Shown one piece after another: positions 58,353-64,000 of a stretch of 64,000 bases of DNA (the stretch's first letter is position 1; every line of letters starts with the position of its first letter). Under the pieces are notes generated by a model that saw only the letters and a list, made by a program, of their open reading frames with translations, searched no databases and was not told the origin of the DNA. The translations under genes were made by a program, and so were the position numbers. Source of the DNA: a virus (Duplodnaviria; Caudoviricetes); IMG/VR virus record IMGVR_UViG_3300044695_006401; one strand, written 5' to 3'.

Positions 58353-59074
58353 AGTGAACTTAAAATATTTTTAATAATTTTTTCTAAGGACTCATTTTGG
58401 GTCCTTTTGTTTTTTGGTTTGTATGATGTCATAATTGGTTTTTGACCTTTACCTGTTTGGGTGTCTTTTTTCTCGGCCTTTCTTTTTTGTTGGCAAGCGG
58501 CCTTTTTAGCCGAATCACTCATTTTACCAGCAACACCAGCTGCCCTACACTTAGGATAAGCACCTTTAGATGTGTCAGGTCTTCCACATGGTGGGTGTTT
58601 ACCATCTACTTTTCTACATATGTTAACCCATGGTCCTTTTGGTTGTTTTGATCCTTTAGGTTTTTTCTTTGTTCCAAACCAAACCGCCAAATCTTCATTT
58701 AAATTAATTTTATCTAATTCCACCCATTCTTTAATCGGTACTATATTTGTATTTTTTCCAGGAAACCGATTTATTGGGTTACCTTCGGTATCACTAAAAG
58801 TTGATTGGGGGTTATTTTTAATATAGTTATAGATTTTTTTTGCAATTTTTTCTTTCTTACCTATTTGTTTTTTACTTCTTTCCATTTTTCCATCATATGA
58901 ATCATATTCTAAATCAGGACTTTTATAGTCCGAAACATTTTCGGTAAACGGACCTAAATCTTTCTTTTTAAAATATCTAATTCCTGATTGTAAACGACCG
59001 ACATAACTTCCTCTTGACCCTGTATTTGTTGAGGTAACTTCGTTTAATAAAAAAAACTTTTCTTGTTGGTTCAT
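58349..59074 (-). CDS. Hypothetical basic Cys-containing late protein
   Basis: LLNE and NLNE sites; WVNIC..PPCGR..YPKCR. Confidence 0.6.
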   Translation of the reverse strand: MNQQEKFFLLNEVTSTNTGSRGSYVGRLQSGIRYFKKKDLGPFTENVSDYKSPDLEYDSYDGKMERSKKQIGKKEKIAKKIYNYIKNNPQSTFSDTEGNPINRFPGKNTNIVPIKEWVELDKINLNEDLAVWFGTKKKPKGSKQPKGPWVNICRKVDGKHPPCGRPDTSKGAYPKCRAAGVAGKMSDSAKKAACQQKRKAEKKDTQTGKGQKPIMTSYKPKNKRTQNESLEKIIKNILSSL

Positions 59075-59078
59075 AACA

Positions 59079-59085
59079 ATAAATA
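59079..59085 (-). promoter_or_regulatory. Late motif TATTTAT
   Basis: 4 nt upstream of the ATG. Confidence 0.6.
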
Positions 59086-59095
59086 TCTTTAAAAT

Positions 59096-59124
59096 AAAAA
59101 AGGTCAGATTTCTCTGACCTTTTT
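59096..59124 (-). terminator. Terminator after the major capsid gene (bidirectional-looking)
   Basis: AGGTCAGA-GAAA-TCTGACCT flanked by A and T runs. Confidence 0.8.
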
Positions 59125-59144
59125 CTTATTCATTATTTAATTGA

Positions 59145-60971
59145 TTATCTCAATTCTCTTAAGTCAAATGTTCTAACTCCATCAACTGTGATTCTACCAT
59201 AGAAACGGTTGTTAACCATTTTCTTAGCGTATCTTGTCATGATACCTTTGATTGGTGTAAAGTTGAATGGGTTATACATTGTAGGTGTTAATTGTAGAGG
59301 TACATACGGTGCGTAAACATAACCAGTGTCTAACAATGATGTTCCTTTGTGACCCAACAATACTGTGTTTGGTGGGAAGTAAGGATCACGGTAAACTTGG
59401 TAACGACCAGCTAATGTACCAACTCTTTCAATACCCATGTTGTATTGATCTTGCTCCGGTGAAGCGTTAGATACATGGAAGTATTCTAAGTCATCAAAAA
59501 TAGCTGAAATTTCAGAAGAAACTACGATCCAGTTAGCTCCACCTCTCAAAGTAGATTTGTGGATTTGTGCCGAAATTTGGTTAATCGCAGTGATTAATGT
59601 TTGGTTCCAGTCTTTTTGAGTGTACTGAGTTAATGGATTTGCAGTAGTACCTCTTTTCCATCCGTTGTAATCCCAACGAAGTGTCCAAGCTGCGCCTTTT
59701 CTCAAATCACGAAGAATTTCACGATCAATTTCTGCCGCCACTTGCTCAGATAATAAAGCTGTTAATTCAGCTTCAGCATCGATATTGTGGAATGCAGATA
59801 CATCTTGAGCTAATTCAGGAGACCATTGTGCTCTTAGTTTTCTTTCTGTAACAGATACAGTAACTGACTCAAGGTCAAAAGATACTTCACCGATCTCATC
59901 TTCGAATTCCAATTCTTTGTATCTTCTGAATGTACATGTAAACGCAGCTCCTGCAGTGGCAAGACCAGTAATTGGTAAAGTGAACCCTGAATATCCGTCA
60001 ATTGAACCTGTACCGATAGTTGCAGGAACTTGTAGATCCAACTCTAAATAGATGATACCATCTTGTGAACAAAGGTTATCATAAGAACCTCCGTTACCTG
60101 TAGATGACCAAGTTGTATTTGCTTGTGTACCATATTGTACAATACCTTTACCATATTTTTGAGTAACAACTCTGAAAAGAATATCACTAGTACCTAAACC
60201 TGAGAAACCATTAACACCCGCTTGTACAGCATTTACTTGTAAGTCAGATAAGAATGCTTCATTATCCATTTCCTGACCATCAGGTCCAATTAATTTACCA
60301 GCACCCGCATTAGAGAAACCTGATAAACCGATTAATACTTTTCTGTACTCACCTGCTGAATAACCAGAAGACACTAAATTGTAACCATTCCAAACTACAG
60401 TGCCAACAGCACTTGAAGTAATTGCCGTATAAGCTCCTTTTGAATAGTCAAATAAACCTGCAGGATCTAATCCTGGCTCATTTCCTTCATAGAATAAGTC
60501 ATACAAGTTAGTACCACCGTATGTACTAGTTGATCCGTAACCTTGTCCTTGAGTTGCAGTAGCATCACCTACTAAAGTAGCGGGTGAACCAAGTGGTGGA
60601 AAGTGTTGTATTTGGTTATTAGCTGCCGCTTGGTAACCTTGGATTTTAGGTACAAAGTAGAACAATTTACCGATAGGTAAGTTCATTGCTTGTACAGATA
60701 CTAAATCATTAGCTAACAATTTAGAGAATACGCGTCTTACGATAGGGAAAACTACAGTTTCGAATGAACCTGAGCTATCAGTTGAAGCCGCTTCGTTAAT
60801 AAGGTGAGATGCTTGGTTCTCATATAATTGAGCCATGTTCTCTTTAATGTGTCCTTTAAGACCATCTAGGAATCCTAATTTATCCCATTTGTTAATTGTA
60901 TCTTCTTTGATAACTTTAAGGTGTTTCAACCCGATGTTACCAACAAGACCTGATTCTAATAATGCTCCCAT
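59145..60971 (-). CDS. gp23: Major capsid protein (T4 gp23-like)
   Basis: LVSVQAMNLPIGKLFY, RKLRAQWSPELAQD, AEAEL..LSEQVAAEIDREI, YAPYVPL, GIMTRYA. Confidence 0.95.
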   Translation of the reverse strand: MGALLESGLVGNIGLKHLKVIKEDTINKWDKLGFLDGLKGHIKENMAQLYENQASHLINEAASTDSSGSFETVVFPIVRRVFSKLLANDLVSVQAMNLPIGKLFYFVPKIQGYQAAANNQIQHFPPLGSPATLVGDATATQGQGYGSTSTYGGTNLYDLFYEGNEPGLDPAGLFDYSKGAYTAITSSAVGTVVWNGYNLVSSGYSAGEYRKVLIGLSGFSNAGAGKLIGPDGQEMDNEAFLSDLQVNAVQAGVNGFSGLGTSDILFRVVTQKYGKGIVQYGTQANTTWSSTGNGGSYDNLCSQDGIIYLELDLQVPATIGTGSIDGYSGFTLPITGLATAGAAFTCTFRRYKELEFEDEIGEVSFDLESVTVSVTERKLRAQWSPELAQDVSAFHNIDAEAELTALLSEQVAAEIDREILRDLRKGAAWTLRWDYNGWKRGTTANPLTQYTQKDWNQTLITAINQISAQIHKSTLRGGANWIVVSSEISAIFDDLEYFHVSNASPEQDQYNMGIERVGTLAGRYQVYRDPYFPPNTVLLGHKGTSLLDTGYVYAPYVPLQLTPTMYNPFNFTPIKGIMTRYAKKMVNNRFYGRITVDGVRTFDLRELR

Positions 60972-61002
60972 TTTATTTTTTTTTAATTTAGAGTTTATTT
61001 AT

Positions 61003-62544
61003 TTATTTAATTTTTGACATCAAATCTCTCATTCTCATGAATTGAGGATTCTCATAAGTTTTACTTTCAATTAAGTTTGTTGATGATCCGTTAGCTGGTG
61101 TTCTATTAACTTTTGTCTGAACTGACTCAGTTACCATCTCACCACCTTTACCATCTAATTCATTTTTAATTGACTTGTAAAGTGTTTTAGATTCCTTGAT
61201 AGATTCTACATTATCAAATCTTCTTAGAATATTTATTTTTTCTTGTTTTGTAGTGGAATGTTCAGTGAACAATCTTGTAGCATATGCCAAGTTTGAATTG
61301 AATACTGCAACTTCATTTAACTTAGATCTAAAGAAATTCAAAGCTTTTTTGTATTCTTCGTTTTTCTCTTTAATTAAATCAAGTTCTCTTTCTACAGATT
61401 CTTTTCTTAACTGACTTGGTGCTGCCACTCTGTCTCTTTCAGCTCTTCTTCTATATGTCATAGTTCTTGACGCTTCAGTTGTTTCAGGTTCCATCATACC
61501 TCCAGTAGCTTCAATATCTACCAAATCAACATCTTCTTCCATATCCCAACCTTCGAATGCCTCTTCAGTTTCGGTTTCAGTAACTCCATGTTTAATTTTA
61601 GGATATTTAAATTTACTTGCTTTACCCATTCCAACACCTTTTGTGCCTTGTGGTTGGTCTTCTTTGAACCCTTTGTTATTAACTGAAGTTTTAGCCATTC
61701 CTGTTCCTACTTTACCCATTCCCATTCCTACTGCTTTAAATGCTTCTACTACTGAGTGAAGATCTTCTTCATCGATTTCATAAATGGATTCTTCTTCAAC
61801 ATTTGAAAAATCATCTTGTCCGAATTGTACATTATCCAAGTCAACCATATAGTCTCCTTCTTCCATGTACATTTCTTCCATGTGATAATCACCTTCTTCA
61901 AATTCTTGTTCTTCCATGTGATAATCACCTTCTTCAAATTCTTGTTCTTCCATGTGATAATCACCTTCTTCCATTTCAATTTCGTAGATAACACTTTCTT
62001 CTAAATCCAACATTGGTTCTTCTGTATTATCGTCCATGTCTCCAGTTTGAATCAAATACTCATCTTCATCATCGATCAAGTGAATATAATCATCATCCTT
62101 CTTAACTATAATTCCATCTTCATCACCCATAGCTTTGAAAACTTTCAAAACTTCGTCAGGTGATGCCGAAGTCATGTCAAGTGGAGGCATTTCCATTTCA
62201 TTATCACCTTCTTCTTCACCATCTTCGGAATCCATACCAAAGACATATTCTGATTCAGGTTCTCCCCCCTCGTCTTCAACATCAATTACAGCCTCTTCTT
62301 CTTCGTCATCTGCAGTCGCAACTACAGGTTCTTCCATTTCAGGCTCTTCTTGTTCGTTTAGGGGTTTTTTTGTTTGTTTTGAATCTACTAAAGACTCTCT
62401 AACTAATTCGCTGATTTCTTGTTTCATTGTAGAAGCAAGTATTCCTTTTGCATTTTCACTGATAGCATTTTCAACAGCCTTAATTTGTAATAAGGTTTGT
62501 TCAACTATCGATCCTGTTTTTTCTGTACTCATTATTTTAAGCAA
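61003..62544 (-). CDS. Prohead core/scaffold protein (T4 gp22-like)
   Basis: Very acidic with a coiled-coil C-terminus; lies between protease and MCP. Confidence 0.75.
   Translation of the reverse strand: MLKIMSTEKTGSIVEQTLLQIKAVENAISENAKGILASTMKQEISELVRESLVDSKQTKKPLNEQEEPEMEEPVVATADDEEEEAVIDVEDEGGEPESEYVFGMDSEDGEEEGDNEMEMPPLDMTSASPDEVLKVFKAMGDEDGIIVKKDDDYIHLIDDEDEYLIQTGDMDDNTEEPMLDLEESVIYEIEMEEGDYHMEEQEFEEGDYHMEEQEFEEGDYHMEEMYMEEGDYMVDLDNVQFGQDDFSNVEEESIYEIDEEDLHSVVEAFKAVGMGMGKVGTGMAKTSVNNKGFKEDQPQGTKGVGMGKASKFKYPKIKHGVTETETEEAFEGWDMEEDVDLVDIEATGGMMEPETTEASRTMTYRRRAERDRVAAPSQLRKESVERELDLIKEKNEEYKKALNFFRSKLNEVAVFNSNLAYATRLFTEHSTTKQEKINILRRFDNVESIKESKTLYKSIKNELDGKGGEMVTESVQTKVNRTPANGSSTNLIESKTYENPQFMRMRDLMSKIK
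61873..61971 (-). repeat. Perfect 36 nt tandem repeat (2.75 copies) encoding EEGDYHMEE(QEF)
   Basis: ttcttccatgtgataatcaccttcttcaaattcttg at 61873 and 61909, partial at 61945. Confidence 0.9.
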
Positions 62545-62567
62545 TGCGTTACGCGTTTATTTTACAG

Positions 62568-62574
62568 ATAAATA
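62568..62574 (-). promoter_or_regulatory. Late motif TATTTAT (scaffold-MCP); second copy at 62631-62637
   Basis: 23 nt upstream of the ATG. Confidence 0.6.
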
Positions 62575-62638
62575 TATCCTTATTATAAAAAAATCATTAT
62601 ATTAAGGTTTTCAGATAAAAAAAAATAGATATAAATAA

Positions 62639-62663
62639 AAAGGGACACCTGTTGGCGTCCCTT
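62639..62663 (-). terminator. Intrinsic terminator
   Basis: AAGGGACGCC-AACA-GGTGTCCCTT-TTT. Confidence 0.75.
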
Positions 62664-62688
62664 AAATTTTTGTAGTAATAATTAATAA

Positions 62689-62898
62689 TTATTCAATAAC
62701 TTCATCAATTTTTGATTCAACTATTGCCGTAATTCTCCAATCCATTGTATATGATTCATATACTTTAGTAACTTTTGCCTCAACATCAGTTGGTGAATAT
62801 CCTTTTACTAATTTTTCTTCTCTAATTTTTTTAATCTTTCCTGTGTTCTCATCAGGCATGTCTGTTGTAATTTTTGCAATAAAATATTTTTCTTCCAT
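62689..62898 (-). CDS. Small hypothetical protein
   Basis: 69 aa, coupled to the protease gene. Confidence 0.65.
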   Translation of the reverse strand: MEEKYFIAKITTDMPDENTGKIKKIREEKLVKGYSPTDVEAKVTKVYESYTMDWRITAIVESKIDEVIE

Positions 62899-62909
62899 AA
62901 TGTGTTTTT

Positions 62910-63617
62910 TTATTTTAAATAATCGGTCAATCTTTTCATTAAGTCAACAGATTTCTCTAAACCACTACCTGAAAAATTACTTTTATCATGTTCGGCAAGT
63001 TTTTCTTCATACTTTGGTCGGTCTTCCTTGTTTAAGTAAAGGTAAGCTCCTGGCGTTGACGGTGAAGAAACAAGATCAAAACAAATTAATTCAAAATCAT
63101 CCTGTACTTCATTTTGCTCACCTTTTTTTACCAAAGAACCAACACCACGAGAAGATACACCCATAGTAACACCCTGTCTCATCATGTTTGCTGCAACATC
63201 TCCTTTGGATGACACTATACCTCTTTCGTGAAAACCTGGAGTGGTTAATAATTTAATCTTACCCATTAAAACATTGTTTTCCCACCATATGTCAGTAATA
63301 AGATGTGATACTCTATCTAAGTCAATTAATGAAGACTCAGGATGGTTTAATTCAGAAATCGACATCCCTTTATTAATAAGTTCTTTATACTTATCAGCCT
63401 CTCTTCTTAATATGTTTTCAGGATAAACCCTACCGTTTCTGTTAGGTACTCCGTGTTTTTGTAATGTCGCATAGAACACAAAAGGTTTTGAGTGTTCTAA
63501 CTGTCCGTAAGATTCTTTTATTATATCGGTATTTCTCTCATCATTTGGATTGATGAATCCAGCATCCCATTCTACAAGTATTCCTTTACCACTATCATTC
63601 GGTCCTAAAATTTTCAT
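62910..63617 (-). CDS. gp21: Prohead protease (T4 gp21-like)
   Basis: NRNGRVYP, ELNHP, VSH, GVSSRGVGS, FDLVSSPSTPGA. Confidence 0.92.
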   Translation of the reverse strand: MKILGPNDSGKGILVEWDAGFINPNDERNTDIIKESYGQLEHSKPFVFYATLQKHGVPNRNGRVYPENILRREADKYKELINKGMSISELNHPESSLIDLDRVSHLITDIWWENNVLMGKIKLLTTPGFHERGIVSSKGDVAANMMRQGVTMGVSSRGVGSLVKKGEQNEVQDDFELICFDLVSSPSTPGAYLYLNKEDRPKYEEKLAEHDKSNFSGSGLEKSVDLMKRLTDYLK

Positions 63618-63629
63618 AATCTATTTTTA

Positions 63630-63640
63630 ATAAATAAATA
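63630..63640 (-). promoter_or_regulatory. Late motif TATTTAT, two overlapping copies (protease)
   Basis: TATTTATTTAT upstream of the ATG. Confidence 0.55.
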
Positions 63641-64000
63641 TTAGGAAATAACCATTTCTGGATTTTTTGTTTTATTAAGTGTAAAAAACTTACAATTTTT
63701 TAAATCGTCAGTGTATATTGCAGTTAATAGTGTTTTGATTTTATTTCTTAAAATAAGTGATTTGAATTCTACAAATTTATTATGAATGAAAAGTGTAATC
63801 TCTAAATTTAAAAAACTCTTTTTACCTTTTTGTATCCCACTTGTTCTCAAGTCTAAGTCGACTATTTGTTTCTTTTCGAAGAATGTGAAGTCTAATACTT
63901 CTAATAATGTGTGTTGTATTTGTCTTTTAATATGACCTGTTATTTTTTCCCAATTATCATAATCATCTGATGGTTGGATCCATGTCTGTAGTACTATGTA
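63641..64000 (-). CDS. Hypothetical protein, 5'-truncated by the window edge
   Basis: Open frame YIVLQTWIQPSDD...IVDLDLRTSGIQKGKKSFLNLE...EMVIS*. Confidence 0.65.
   Translation of the reverse strand, partial: YIVLQTWIQPSDDYDNWEKITGHIKRQIQHTLLEVLDFTFFEKKQIVDLDLRTSGIQKGKKSFLNLEITLFIHNKFVEFKSLILRNKIKTLLTAIYTDDLKNCKFFTLNKTKNPEMVIS

Noticed and set aside
5081-63850. Many short opposite-strand or alternate-frame ORFs in the track (e.g. 10667-11245, 30818-31216, 32057-32524, 53455-53919, 62135-62605)
   Set aside because: They are shadows of longer coding genes with coherent motifs, lack upstream signals and show typical antisense composition.
1-64000. Alternative genetic code (stop recoding as in some jumbo phages)
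   Set aside because: Code 11 gives long, tightly packed ORFs, and TAA, TAG and TGA all serve as stops.
1-64000. tRNA, CRISPR array, intron/intein, homing endonuclease
   Set aside because: No cloverleaf or repeat-spacer pattern seen; the polymerase, helicase and MCP are uninterrupted with no obvious intein motifs.

Overview
AT-rich 64 kb segment of a large T4-like (myovirus/jumbo) bacteriophage genome. It holds head genes (prohead protease, scaffold, major capsid), neck/tail genes (gp13, gp14, gp15, sheath, tube, tail chaperone, tape measure, giant baseplate proteins, spike) and replication genes (family B DNA polymerase, SNF2 helicase, stand-alone exonuclease, dUTPase). It also holds a gp55-like late sigma factor, PhoH, a HExxH-MnSOD fusion, a stand-alone WYL protein and an ~18 kb glycan island with 12 glycosyltransferase-like genes, an amidotransferase and an apparent GDP-colitose pathway (gmd/colD/colC). 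The main hypothesis is phage-encoded cytoplasmic glycosylation of virion proteins, which are enriched in [S/T]-G-x-[S/T] motifs. Other signals are a TATTTAT late-promoter regulon, a probable +1/-2 frameshift in the tail chaperone, and non-structural late proteins with protease-type I/L-x-E leaders that may be capsid-packaged cargo. All family calls are from motif recognition by eye, with no database searches. No tRNA, rRNA, CRISPR array or mobile element was seen.
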